64,000 nt of DNA, taken from assembly GCF_026571515.1 (NCBI RefSeq), contig NW_026856706.1:1-64000 (forward strand). Reading direction: 5' to 3'. Positions 11,801-24,182 of the stretch are shown here, piece after piece; the first letter of the stretch is position 1; each line of letters begins with the position of its first letter. Made by a program: the position numbers and the translations under genes. The notes below the pieces were generated by a model. The model made no database searches. It saw only the letters and a list, made by a program, of their open reading frames with translations, and had not been told where the DNA came from. Source of the DNA: Ruditapes philippinarum (lineage: Eukaryota).

Positions 11801-14074
11801 CAGATATTTATCATCAAATAAAATGTAAGGCATTTCTGCAAATTATCGATAATTGTCTTAATATACTATGAAAATAAAAAACTTATAGCATACCTGATTT
11901 TGATTTAGATTTAATTCAATTGTATGACAAGTTTTAGAATTAGGTTGAATTTCTGTAATTCTATTCTTTGATAAATCTATAGCATCTAGATGTGTTAAAT
12001 CACAAAGTTCCTGTGGAAATGTTTTAAATCCATTACCACTGAGGTTAACAGTTCTGAGGTGTTTCAAGTTAAGGAATGTTCCAGGTAGCTGACGTAACAA
12101 GTTGTTATCTAATGACAAAGTTTCCAATTTCTTCAGATTTCCTATTTCTTGAGGTAATGTCTCTGAAAATAACAAAATAATCTAAATAATATTTTTTTTA
12201 TCATTTAAGACACAAAAGTAAGAAGTTGGATGAAAAATGCTTTTTTGAAAACTTTACAGTGTATTAAATGGCTCTTAATTCCTTATAAAATATTTGTTAT
12301 TACTGTAATAAACGCTGCACTAAGGCTGCCAATAATACAATGTAACTACAGTTGACTTCACACTAAAGGTTACACAAAGTGAACTTGGTGTGCACTACAT
12401 GTGCACTTCAATGTGAACTTGAAAATTTTTTTCCCATTTCAAAGGGCATTTAGACCTTTAAATGCACCATTTTGTTTTAAAAAAAATTATTGAATTTTTT
12501 AAAACATTTAATGGGGCCTTTATTATTAAATAAAAGTATTTACTGTACTTACCTGACAAAGGATGTAATTCTAAGCTGGGTATTTCAATAAATCACAAAT
12601 TTAAACTTTGTTTACATTTAATGATGTCATACCAAAAATCATAGTAATTAATAATTAATGGGGGGAATATAAAGGTACAAACCTATTCTGTTGTTGTTAA
12701 GATTGACAGTTTTAAGTTGTTGGAATGAACCAATAGCAGAAGGTATTGTCTGAATCTTGTTGTCTGAGAAATCAAGAGTTCTCAAATTCTTAGATAATTT
12801 CTGCAAGTTTTCTGGAAACTGAAATATATGAATAAGGAATACAATAAAGTTTATTATACTCAATGTGTGGTAAATGTATCAAAGATTGCTTGTAGCAACT
12901 ATTTACCAATACTATGTTACAACATACATGTACAACAATGGCAAATTGACAAATGGTTGTATTGTTTGACACAAATGCATTAACAAATATATTTGGATCC
13001 ATGTCTCACAATATAAGCTTTTTATTTATTAGTTTTCAATCACATGTATTTACTAACTTCTTAGCAGTTACGTTTTATGTTTATCAAAATCACATTCTAT
13101 TTTGAACGTGAACAGAAATGTGATTGTGAAGAGAAGAATTTGTTTAAGAATAAAGAACCAAGAAGAAATATGGAATATATATCAAAGCACTCAGAGTTAA
13201 GGGTCTTGATTTCAAACTACAGAATTCATTGTTTATGAGCTAAAATATCTAGAATATCTATCATAAATCAATCGTAAGAATTATTTTTGTTTCTGACAAA
13301 TTATTGTTGGAAATGTTTTTTCCTGTCCATAGTCTGTAATAGAAGTAGATCCAGTATACACACATTGACAGTCTCGATATGAACTACGTAAAAAATCGAG
13401 GTTGTTTCCCTTATCTTCAAGTTCAATCGATATCTCTAATGCTAAAAACTACAAATTTAGCTGTTTTTAACTGCTAGTTTGGGGCGATTTACTGTCCAAT
13501 TTTAAAAATTTATTACACCAATGAAAAGCTTGTGATCTTAGCTTCGTCTCAGTATCTATTTCAACATATATTTGACACTGAAGTTATTTAAATCTACCGA
13601 TTTACCACAAGTCAGACCATTTCACATAAATTTTATACAGTGATATACGCAACAACAGTTTATCTTTACTCGCAATTCTACTGATAAGCCTGCTAGTTCG
13701 GAAACTGCCAATCCGGGGTTTTTCTTTTTTGTATGCACCCAAAGTTCATTCTGTAAAGTTTTTTATTTTTTAAATTATTTTTTCTATTATTTTTTTCATT
13801 TTTTATATTATCAAAAAAAAAAAACAAAAATGTTTTAAAAAAAATTTCCGACCCATACGATAAGTGGATTTTACTTTTATATTACATCCCATTTGGTCGG
13901 GAAAAAAAAAAAACGTTTCCCCAAATTTAAATTCGACTTTGCATGTCCGTTTTACTCATACATTTTTCTCAGTTTTTAAAATTTTCTTTACTTCTTTCGA
14001 CCTAGCTTACATAACTGCAACGCACCCGTCTTCTCCGCAGTATCAAGATGTTGCTTCACATTTGAATTACCCAT
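8843..14074 (-). CDS. LRRC57: Leucine-rich repeat-containing protein 57 (5 coding exons; exon 1 appears 1 nt short in this sequence)
   Basis: Exons (minus): 14074-13992 MGNSNVKQHLDTAEKTGALQLCKLG.., 12818-12683 FPENLQKLSKNLRTLDFSDNKIQ.., 12162-11894 ETLPQEIGNLKKLETLSLDNN.., 11297-11112 ISTLPDCIAEWPRLKVLRLEENCLE.., 8884-8843 YMERYTATKKKFN*. All introns are GT-AG and phases match for exons 2-5. The N-terminal MGNS..H.ETA.KTG and C-terminal EGYD.YMER.TATKKKF match the LRRC57 family as I recall it. Confidence 0.93.
9544..10176. mobile_element. piggyBac-like non-autonomous element (TTAA TSD, CCCTTT termini), copy 1, in LRRC57 intron 4
   Basis: ttaaccctttaccccat ... atgagggaaagggttaa; a near-identical second copy follows. 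Confidence 0.8.
10284..10856. mobile_element. piggyBac-like non-autonomous element, copy 2 (about 60 bp deleted near the left end)
   Basis: Same termini and body as 9544-10176, in direct orientation. Confidence 0.8.
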
Positions 14075-14187
14075 TTAAACCTTTGATCTGCTGCAATTTT
14101 AGTGTTGATTGCTAAATTTTGACAATTTTTGTAAACAGGAAGTGACCGGTGCAATAGTAAACATAAGATCAGTTGATTAGTCCTAGC
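14075..14187. promoter_or_regulatory. Very short bidirectional promoter between LRRC57 and NTPCR, with an ETS/GABP-type motif CAGGAAGTG (14136-14144)
   Basis: Divergent ATGs at 14074 (-) and 14188/14218 (+). The GGAAGTG ETS core lies between them, and ETS sites are typical of bidirectional housekeeping promoters. Confidence 0.6.
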
Positions 14188-17100
14188 ATGAGAAAAACTT
14201 TAAATGTTTTGAAAAAAATGGCAGAGGCAATTCAGCTTAATAAAAGTAGACGTCACATTTTGCTAACAGGACAACCAGGTATAATTCTTCTATTTTAATG
14301 TCTCAGATTTGCTTGTCAATCATGAATTAATTGAAATAATGTTAATCTGTTGCAATATAAAATAAAATTCAAAATTGAGAAATTCATAACTAACCACATG
14401 AGGACTTGAATGTCAATGTGAAAGAATGTTGTTTATGGATACATTCTCTATATTTTTTTGACTATCACTGTATGTAAACATGCACTTATAGTTTTGTATA
14501 ATGAGGACAGTTTTGTCACATTAAGCAGCTTTCACTATCCAGTGCAGATCTACAGAGTATAAGATATGAATTTTAGGTGGAAGTTAGGTCACTGTATAGC
14601 GGGCAATGAGCACATTTACATACAATTACATACTTGTCAGTGGCCGAATGGTTAAGGTAGTTGACTTCAAACCACTTGCTCCTCACCGCTACATATGTTC
14701 GAATCCAGGCAGGGACTTTGGATTCTTTCATGCGAGGAATCAATCCAGCTAGCTTACGGAACATCGGTGGTTCTACATGTACTCAGGTGCCCGTTCATGC
14801 CTGAAATAATGCACAGAAGGCACCTGAGGTCTACCTCCACAAGTAAAGCTGGAATGTCGCCATATGACCTAAACTGTATCAGTGTGATGTAAAACCCAAA
14901 CAAACAAGTTGAGGTAGCCCTGATATATGCTATATGTATAATATTATTATGCTGTTGTAATACCAGTAAAGGGCACACAGCCTTTTAAGCTGTCACTTCA
15001 TACCAAGGGATTCCATGTCTTCTCTGCCTACTTCGAAAGGCCACTTTCTTCTGCCTCAGTCAGGACATTGGCAGCTTGGCCACATACAACTTCCTGTTTT
15101 CTTTTTTACGCTGTCACAATTTCTTTTAATCTTCTGCAAATGCACTGTTCTTCTGCGCAACGTACACTTAAAGGTTTAGGGGAAGAAGGGATAGATATTT
15201 GCCATACATATATTACAATAAATTTATACATGTACAAGTATAGTGGTGCAATAAACTTTATTATTTCACACCTTATAAAATATATACCAATGTTCTATCA
15301 GCATTTGCACCACACAATATTCAAATAGAAATCATTATTAGACCCAATCTTATTAATTTAGCCTTGTTTCATTTCTAGAGTCCAAAAAGTCCATATCAAA
15401 TCCATATTACATCTACATCTACATTATACTGCTTAACAATCAATTCTGATTATGACTAGCAGGCGCGTTGTCAGGGAACTGTTAATAAAAGAAATTATTT
15501 ATATGCAAATTAAAAAGTTAAAGAATAAAAGTACTACAAGATTATTAATTTAAAAGACGTAGTGTGCAATTTAGAATTTATAGAATGGGTCAAGCCTCTC
15601 AGTAAAGATGTTTAAACTGGGGCTAGACTGAACAGTTAGAGGAAGGCTATTCCAAAGACGTATGCTCCTAGAAAAGAAAGAATTTTGATGATACTGTGTC
15701 CTTGAGTAGGGTATCAGGTAGTTCAGATTTCTTGTTTGAGTAAGGTGTTGGTGGTCAACAAAAACAATGTTGTTTTGGATTTTATACAAGTAGGTTACAG
15801 CACTGATGTTTCGACGCTGTTCAAGGGTTTGCCAATTTAGATCATTTATCATTTTTGAGACACTACTTGTATAGTCATAATCATTAAAAATGTATCTAGC
15901 AGCTGATCTTTGTACTTGCTCTATCTTATAAATTAAGTATCTGCCAAGGATGCCAAACTATGGAGCAATATTCAACCTGAGGTCTAACATAGGTCTTATA
16001 TGCAGTTTCCTTTGTCTTTTTATTTGGGGTTTTAACATTTCTTCTAATAAATCTGAGGGAGTTATTTGCTTTAGATGTAATGTTGTTTATATGTTTGGTC
16101 CATGAAAGGTCTTGTCTAATAGTGACTCCTAAGTATTTCGCTTCTTGAGTTGAGTTTAGTTGGATGTTATGGAGGGTATAAGGAAATATTACAGGGTTTC
16201 TTTTTCTTGTTATCCTGAGAACTTCACATTTGTCAGGGTTGAACTCCATGGACCAGTCTTTTTTCCATGTTTCTAAAGCACGAAGGTCATCTTGGAGGGT
16301 TTGGGCATCCTGTTTAGATCTGATGGTTAGGTAGACAACAGTATCATCTGCAAAGAGTCTAATCATATCTTATACCCAATCTTTCTAGTTTACTCACAAG
16401 TTTGTGATAGTCCACCTTATCAAATGCCTTACTGAAATCCATGACTATGACATCAGTTTGTTGGCCACTTTCAAGATTGTCATGAATTTCCTGGGAGAAG
16501 CTTACTAACACCCCATATAGCCTTGTTTTAATTTCAAAAGTTCAGAAGGTTCCATATCAATATTGCCTTGTTTTCATTCAAAATTTTTCAATCCAAAATA
16601 TCTTTATCAAATGCATATCATATTCTATCTACATGTAGTTTCATTTTCATTTGAGACTCCAAAATTCATACCAATATTAAGGTCTTATACTCTACTGATA
16701 TTTTAATTTCAGGAGTTGGAAAGACAACTCTTGTTAAGAAGGTTTGTGACAAACTAGAAGATGAGAATTGGCAATGTCAAGGATTCTATACAGAAGAGAA
16801 AAGAGAAGATGGACAGAGGGTTGGCTTTGATGTTGTTACATTTGATGATAAAAGAGGCCCACTGGCAAGAATCATAGACAGGTAACAAACACAACAGAGC
16901 TATATTTAAATGGAGAGGAAGCTATGATGATGTCAGACATTTTAAATCTCTATCCCACAAGTTCACATTCTCGCCAGATTTTCGGAGACCTTGTTTGACA
17001 CAAGAGTATTTACTGATAATTATGTATGCCATAATCTAAAATTTGTCTTGGTAATTCAAAGAAGTAACCAAAAAAATAGAAGTTGCAAAAATGTAAAAAA

Positions 17101-20100
17101 AACAATTAAGTTCAAGGAGATTTAAATTATTCTCAGTTATAGATGAAAATGTAAACACATTTGATTTCGTAAAACAAGATGACGGAAATTTATCAATTCC
17201 AAGGGTCAATGAATGGGTCAGGATGGGGAAAATTTCTTTACAGTGTAACTTCTGAATTCCGGAACTTCTAAAATCCGAAACTTCTGAAAACGGAACTTTT
17301 TTCAGGGTCCTGAAATTTCTCCTTCTGTTTTCTATATAATTAAAACCTCTGAATAACGGAACTTCTAAATTCTGAACGATTTTCTGGTAAAATTAGGGTT
17401 ATATCAATTCAAATTTACTTTCGGAATCCGGAAATGAAAATGTGTGGAGGTATATGATACTTGTGATTGTAAAATCTTCAAAATGTCAGTATCTTCCTAT
17501 TAGCAATTACCAATTATCTTGACACCTATTAGAATCACAACCTGTCAAGCATGTCAAACATTTGATTATGGTGAAATCTGGAAATTATAAGACTGAGAAG
17601 TATAATGGGAAGAAAAACAACAAAGACTTAAGGTTAATTAATATATAGCTGGTACTACATGAAATATACTAAAGGATAAATTGTGATAATTAACATTATG
17701 CTATGGTATTATTTATCAAATTCAGTTCCATACATGTGAACTCTCCCACTTTAAGCGGGAGACTCCCACTTTCTGCATCCAAACTTCCAAAGATTTTTCT
17801 TAAAATAAGGGGTATTTTCACAAATTAAAGAAATCTCCCTATTTTTGATGTCAGAACTTCCTTCTTTGTTTATTGCAAATTCTAAAATCTCCCTCTTTTT
17901 GAAGAAAAATCTCCCACTTGATCATCCAAAAAAGTTCACATGTATGCAGTTATAGATGACAAAGATATTTAATATATATATATTCTGTTTTCAGAAGTTA
18001 CACTGTATTTAGAGCTTCTTATCCCCATGTAATATAAGTCTCTGAAAATACTGGAAATAAGGAAGAAACAAATATCAATGTAATATGCAGTTCAGAAATT
18101 TAAAGATTTTTTGTGTTTATTTGTTACATTGTAAATGATGAAGCTATTAGTAGAAATATTTAAACCTGATTTGTTTAAAATTAGTACTTTTATATTTTAG
18201 GATAGACTGAATGAAGTAAATTATACATGTTCTCACTGGTCCATTGGAATTCGTATTCTATGTTTTGTTTATGAAGACATTAGATTGAATGATCCATTAT
18301 AACTTAGGGGATAGATTGAAAATAATTTTTACAAAGGTATTCCAGTAGTTATTTGAAATGTACTTTGATAGGAATTAAGAAAGCTGATAAGTTTTATAGT
18401 TGTTTTTTGATACAATATCATAGATAATGCATGTGATGTATGTTTACAGGGATAATCCAGTAGCAGGGAGAAGTTATATGGTGGGCAGATACAATGTTTT
18501 ACTACAGTCATTTGAACAGCTTGCATTACCATCATTAGCAATAAAGGTAGGTTATAAGGTCAACCAAGTGTAGAGGACCTGTAGCGGTCACTTAACTTTT
18601 AGTCTGCTGGTGGCAACAAAATTCTGCCCATGTGACTAGTGCAGGCAAATCCATGCCGTTTGATCATAGTCTGCACTCATAGAGAGTTTTTTAAAAAAAG
18701 CTTTGTAAACTTCATATTCAAACTGTAAAATATAATTTTATATACATTATGTTATTTATCATGTAAATAAAAGGTTAACTAATACAAATTATTGTTTAAA
18801 CAAAACTATAGTCTGCACTGTAGTCTGTGCACTTTTCAGTCACTATATATTTTGAAATATTCCCTAAAATGATGAATGGTTTTGTCCAGATTGAAAGATG
18901 GACAAGTCCATTTGAGAAATTCAGCGGATTAGGGGTTAATACTAAGAACACTTATGGAAATAACGATTTGCTTTAAATCACCAGTATAGTACTAACTATA
19001 GCAACATCAAACTTGTCTATATTAATGGCTGCTTGATTTTAGATCTGTAATTGTGATACAGTAAATGTTACCTAGAACTCGGCAAACAAACTAACCTCCT
19101 GGTACAAACAAACTTTTACCATTATAGGCTTTAAAATTACGTCATGTGAAAGATTGATATGGGTCATTCCTTTTATTAATTAATGTTCATTTCAGCCAGG
19201 TGAAAGTGTGTTATTGGTGTAGACACTTTTGTTTACATTTAATGGCTAGAAAATGTATGAGTTTTGTGTTATTTAGATTACAATTACTGAAGTTTTATTG
19301 AAATTCAATATGAGGTGAACTGCTTGAAGCATATGTTAAAATCAAGGGAAGTCACTATAAAAAAAAAAAAAAAAATATGTTGAAATTTTTTGTATTTATT
19401 GTCTCCCTTGAACAAGAGAGGTACAATCAAGAACATTTTTAAACATCATGTATCTTCAGCCATCAGAATACACTAGAGTGATAGTGATAGATGAGATAGG
19501 AAAGATGGAATTGTTCAGCCGGAGTTTTACACAGACGGTAAAAGACATTTTAAAACATCCGAAAACTACAGTATTTGCAACTGTGCCTCTTAAGGCTAAT
19601 CCATTTGTAGAGGAAATAAAGAACAGAGATGATGTACAACTTTATACAGTAAGTAATAAATAGTGTTTACTGGAATAGTTTAATTATAAAGAGGTTGTGT
19701 GGTTAAATGCCCATCTTTTTGTCTCAGTAAGGGGCAGGGTGTACAGCAGTGTAACAGTTTTCTGAAGGTCATGGGTTTGGGTTAAGGCTGCAAAATTTTT
19801 AAACTCTGTAACATTTGGTGCTGTGATTGCACCATTTAAGCATTATTGATAGCCTTGTTTGGGCAATATCCCTTGATTTTGTTCATGTGTCATTAGGCAA
19901 TAGTTGGACAAATTTCTTTCATACAGGCATTTTGGAATTATTCTTTTTCAAAATTCAGTAAACAACTTTATAAACTGCAGGCAGCTGAGATAAATCTTTA
20001 AACATAATCACCTGTTCACTCACTTTATAATACTGCAAATGTGTAACAACACTTTTCATTGGTGAATTGGGACATTTATACAATTGTATAATCTTATAAA

Positions 20101-23100
20101 GATTCTACATGCCTGCTGTCACTTTGTCAAGAAATTTTCATTTTGCTATTAACAATGGACGTTTGGAGTATTATAAATCTATTATAAGAACAAATTTAAG
20201 AATATCACAATTTATTGTGTTGTATGTGAGTATCATATACATGTAGTAAGTAAACATAAATGTTCTCTCCAGATTGGAATAAAAACTGTATCATTTCTAC
20301 TGTGTTCTAGTTTCTTTTATTATCAATATTTAAGCAGTTTTGTTTTAGCATTAGTTTGAGGTTCATGTTTTTTTCAACATGATTGCTGAACAATAACTTA
20401 TATGTACCAAAGGAAAGATTATTGAAGTACATGGTAGTTATATGAAGTAATTAACAGCTTATAATTATTTAATGATGGCTTATCGTGTACAGTTTATTAA
20501 CTCCCTGTTATACAAGCCATTAATAGTACATTATTTAATCTTTAGATTAAGCTACTATATTATGAAAAAGCTAGATATAAATAAGTCAGTTATTTTTTTA
20601 AAATCTTTCAAAACAGAATGATTAACTTGTAGACTTTTCACACCATCGATTATTACCTGTCAAATTAAAATACTAATTTTGATGCTTTCTAAAATGTTTC
20701 CAGTTTGTCGTGTTTCTAGTTCAGTTATATGTACCAGTTTGTCTTGTTTCCAGTTACGCTTGTCTTGTTATAGTTACCTGTTTGTTTTGTTTCCAATTAG
20801 GTTAAAGTTACTAGTTTCTTTTGTTACCAGGTAGGTTATAGTTACCTGTTTGTCTTGTTACCAGTTAGGTTATAGTAATCTGTTTGTTTTGTTTCCAATT
20901 AGGTTAAAGTTACTAGTTTCTTTTGTTTCCAGTTAGGTTATAGTTACCTGTTTTGTCTTGTTACCAGTTAGGTTATAGTTACCTGTTTGTTTTGTTTCCA
21001 ATTAGGTTAAAGTTACTAGTTTCTTTTGTTTCCAGTTGGGTTATAGTTACCTGTTTGTCTTGTTACCAGTTAGGTTATAGTAATCTGTTTGTCTTGTTAC
21101 CAGTTAGGTTATAGTAATCTGTTTGTCTTGTTTCCAGTTAGGTTATAGTAATCTGTTTGTCTTGTTTCCAGTTAGGTTATAGTTACCTGTTTGTCTTGTT
21201 ACCAGTTAGGTTATAGTTACCTGTTTGTCTTGTTACCAGTTAGGTTATAGTTACCTGTTTGTCTTGTTACCAGTTAGGTTATAGTTACCTGTTTGTCTTG
21301 TTACCAGTTAGGTTATAGTTACCTGTTTGTCTTGTTACCAGTTAGGTTATAGTTACCTGTTTGTCTTGTTACCAGTTAGGTTATAGTTACCTGTTTGTCT
21401 TGTTACCAGTTAGGTTATAGTTACCTGTTTGTCTTGTTTCCAGTTAGGTTATAGTTACCTGTTTGTCTTGTTACCAGTTAGGTTATAGTAATCTGTTTGT
21501 CTTGTTACCAGTTAGGTTATAGTTACCTGTTTGTCTTGTTACCAGTTAGGTTATAGTAATCTGTTTTGTTGTTTCCAATTAGGTTAAAGTTACTAGTTAT
21601 CCCCCGCCGATGGAATCGGGAGGGGGATATAGTTTTGGCGTTGTCCATCCTTCCGTCCGTCCGCACTCACAGGAGAGTAATTATGTGGCTAGAGGGACAA
21701 TAGGTAACTGTTCTTTCTCTTTGATGTAATTCATTCCGTAATGCTTTTATGTGGCTATTTTCTTTTGGGTGGCTAAAAAGAACAATAGAGAGAACAATAG
21801 AGTAGCCACATAATTACTGTACTGTGAGAACGTCCGTCCTTCCATCCGTCCCTCCTTCCGTACGTCCGCACTCACAGGAGAGTAATTATGTGGCTAGAGG
21901 GACAATAGGTAACTGTTCTTTCTCTTTGATGTCATTCATTCCGTAATGCTTTTATGTGGCTATTTTCTTTTGTGTGGCTAAAAAGAACAATAGAGAGAAC
22001 GATAGAGTAGCCACATAATTACTGTCGTGTGAGAACTTCCGTCCTTCCGTCCGTCCGAATTTCGTTTCCGGAGTAGTTCTCTGCAACTACTGGCTGGAAT
22101 TCAACGAAATTTTATGGGAATCATCAATATCAAGAGGAGATGCGCATATCGTCGGCTTGTTCCGGTCCGACCCTTTAACTCAGAGTTATGGCCCTTGATT
22201 AGTTATGTAGTATGCATATAGAGTAAAAATCGTTTCCAGAGTAGTTCTCTGCAACTACTGGCTGGAATTCAACGAAACTTTATGGGAATCATCAATATCA
22301 AGAGGAGATGCGCATATCGTCGGCTTGTTCCGGTCAGACACTTTAACTCAGAGTTATGGCCCTTGATTAGTTATGTAGTATGCATATAGAGTAAAAATCG
22401 TTTCCGTACTACTTCTCTGCAACTACTGGCTGGAATTCAACGAAACTTTATGGGAATCATCAATACCAAGAGGAGATGCGCATATCGTCGGCTTGTTCCG
22501 GTCAGACACTTAAACTTAGAGTTATGGCCCTTGATTAGTTATGCAGTATGCATATGGAGTAAAAATTGTTTCCCCGCTACTTCTTTGCAACTACGGGCTG
22601 GAATTCAACGAAACTTTATGGGAACCTTTAATACCAAGAGGAGATGCGCATATCGTCGGCTTGTTCCGGTCAGACACTTTAACTCAGAGTTATGGCCCTT
22701 GATTAGTTATGCAATATGCATATGGAGTAAAAATCGTTTCCGGAGTAGTTCTCTGCAACTACTGGCTGGAATTCAACGAAACTTTATGGGAACCTTCAAT
22801 ACCAAGAGGAGATGCGCATATCGTCGGCTTGTTCCGGTCAGACACTTTAACTCAGAGTTATGGCCCTTGATTAGTTATGCAGTATGCATATGGAGTAAAA
22901 ATCGTTTCCGCGCTACTTCTCTGCAACTACTGGCTGGAATTCAATGAAACTTTATGGCCCTTGATTACTTATGTTACTCTGTTATTGCCCTGAATATTTA
23001 TCAAGTTCAAAGAATATTACTGTTTATGCCATGATTAATATATAAATAAAGCCTTATGTCTTCAGTTGTTGTGTTAATAATAACCAGTACTCGGCGCGGG

Positions 23101-24182
23101 ATATAAATTCAACGAATTTGCTTGTTTCTCTTGTTTCCAATAAGGTTATAGTTACCAGTTTGTCTTATTACAAGTTAGGTTATAATTACCAGTTTGTCTT
23201 GTTACAAGTTAGGTTATAATTACCAGTTTGTCTTGTTACAAGTTAGGTTATAATTACCAATTTGTCTTGTTACAAGTTAGGTTATAATTACCAATTTGTC
23301 TTGTTACAAGTTAGGTTATAATTACCAGTTTGTCTTGTTACAAGTTAGGTTATAGTTACCAGTTTGTCTTGTTACAAGTTAGGTTATAATAACCAATTTG
23401 TCTTGTTACAAGTTAGGTTATAATTACCAGTTTATCTTGTTACAAGTTAGGTTATAGTTACCAATTTGTCTTGTTACCAGTTAGGTTATAATTACCAATT
23501 TGTCTTGTTACCAGTTAGGTTATAGTTACCAATTTATCTTGTTACCAGTTAGGTTATAGTTACCAATTTGTCTTGTTACCAGTTAGGTTATAATTACCAG
23601 TTTGTCTTGTTACCAGTTAGGTTATAGTTACCAGTTTGTCTTGTTACAAGTTAGGTTATAATTACCAGTTTGTCTTGTTACAAGTTAGGTTATAGTTACC
23701 AATTTGTCTTGTTACAAGTTAGGTTATAGTTACCAGTTTGTCTTGTTACAAGTTAGGTTATAATTACCAATTTGTCTTGTTACAAGTTAGGTTATAATTA
23801 CCAGTTTGTCTTGTTACAAGTTAGGTTATAGTTACCAATTTGTCTTGTTACAAGTTAGGTTATAGTTACCAATTTGTCTTGTTACAAGTTAGGTTATAAT
23901 TACCAATTTGTCTTGTTACAAGTTAGGTTATAATTACCAGTTTGTCTTGTTACAAGTTAGGTTATAGTTACCTTTTTGTATTTCAGACCCCAGAAAACGT
24001 AGAATTTTGTTAACTAGCTAGTTGTCTTACACCTTATTGAGCTGAATAAGGTCATTTTAATTTCTTTTACACAATCCTGACTTTACATTTTTATATTTCA
24101 GGTAACCAAGGAAAATAGAAATCAACTTGTCAATGAAGTTATAGATGCCATTAAAGAATCATTAGAATGTTATGGGACGTGA
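14188..24182 (+). CDS. NTPCR: Cancer-related nucleoside-triphosphatase homolog (NTPase_1 / THEP1 family), 5 coding exons
   Basis: Exons: 14188 (or in-frame ATG 14218)-14278 ..[10 protein letters not shown], 16713-16881 [36 protein letters not shown], 18450-18546 ..[17 protein letters not shown], 19460-19648 ..[14 protein letters not shown].., 24102-24182 [13 protein letters not shown]. Walker A is GQPGVGKT and Walker B is VIDEIGKME. All introns are GT-AG with consistent phases. Confidence 0.95.
14636..14907 (+). mobile_element. tRNA-derived SINE (central core resembling the MetaSINE/BivaMeta type), in NTPCR intron 1
   Basis: A box TGGCCGAATGG (14641), B box GTTCGAATCC (14697), core gaggaa..atccagctagcttacggaacatcggtggttctac..caggtgcccg, and an (aaac)n tail. 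A core fragment recurs near 40741-40780. Confidence 0.75.
15408..16510 (-). mobile_element. 5'-truncated LINE (CR1/L2/Jockey-group reverse transcriptase C-terminal half) with an internal deletion, in NTPCR intron 1
   Basis: RT motifs [64 protein letters not shown]. The frame is disrupted, and the 3' tail is (ATGTAG)n at 15408-15424. Confidence 0.9.
17241..18005. mobile_element. Tc1/mariner/pogo-type MITE (TA TSD, CAGTG termini) containing a nested MITE at 17729-17946
   Basis: TA-cagtgtaacttctgaa ... ttcagaagttacactg-TA. The inner element is catacatgtgaact ... agttcacatgtatg, flanked by cagttc/cagtta. Confidence 0.75.
18592..18939. mobile_element. Degenerate TTAA-ended MITE; related fragments near 44270-44413 and 55650-55800
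   Basis: Imperfect TIR ttaacttttagtctgctg / cagcggattaggggttaa. The gatggacaagtccattt block appears inverted near 55668-55683. Confidence 0.45.
20700..21596. repeat. 34-bp minisatellite, left half (gttacctgtttgtcttgttaccagttaggttata)
   Basis: Period 34 (e.g. agttacctg at 21181 and 21215); the unit is built from two gttacc-led subunits of 16 and 18 nt. Confidence 0.92.
21597..23126 (+). mobile_element. Non-autonomous Helentron/HINE-type element with a 168-bp tandem array, inserted into the minisatellite; carries two nested ~170-bp MITEs (21662-21832, 21867-22036)
   Basis: 5' ttatcccccgcc with adjacent inverted repeat and (tccg)n microsatellite. Monomers start at 22063, 22231, 22399, 22567, 22735 and 22903. 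3' ggcgcgggatataa plus hairpin aaattc-aac-gaattt. Inserted in a T run with no TSD. Confidence 0.88.
23127..23972. repeat. 34-bp minisatellite, right half (variant ttacca[g/a]tttgtcttgttacaagttaggttata[a/g])
   Basis: Continuation of the 20700-21596 array after the inserted element. Confidence 0.92.

Noticed and set aside
22450-22947. 165-aa ORF with 56-aa repeats
   Set aside because: A by-product of the 168-bp (3x56) monomer array inside a non-autonomous element.
20700-23972. Regular repeats as a CRISPR array or telomeric (TTAGG) tract
   Set aside because: The units are contiguous with no unique spacers, there are no cas genes, and the context is a eukaryotic intron. TTAGG occurs only once per 34-bp unit.
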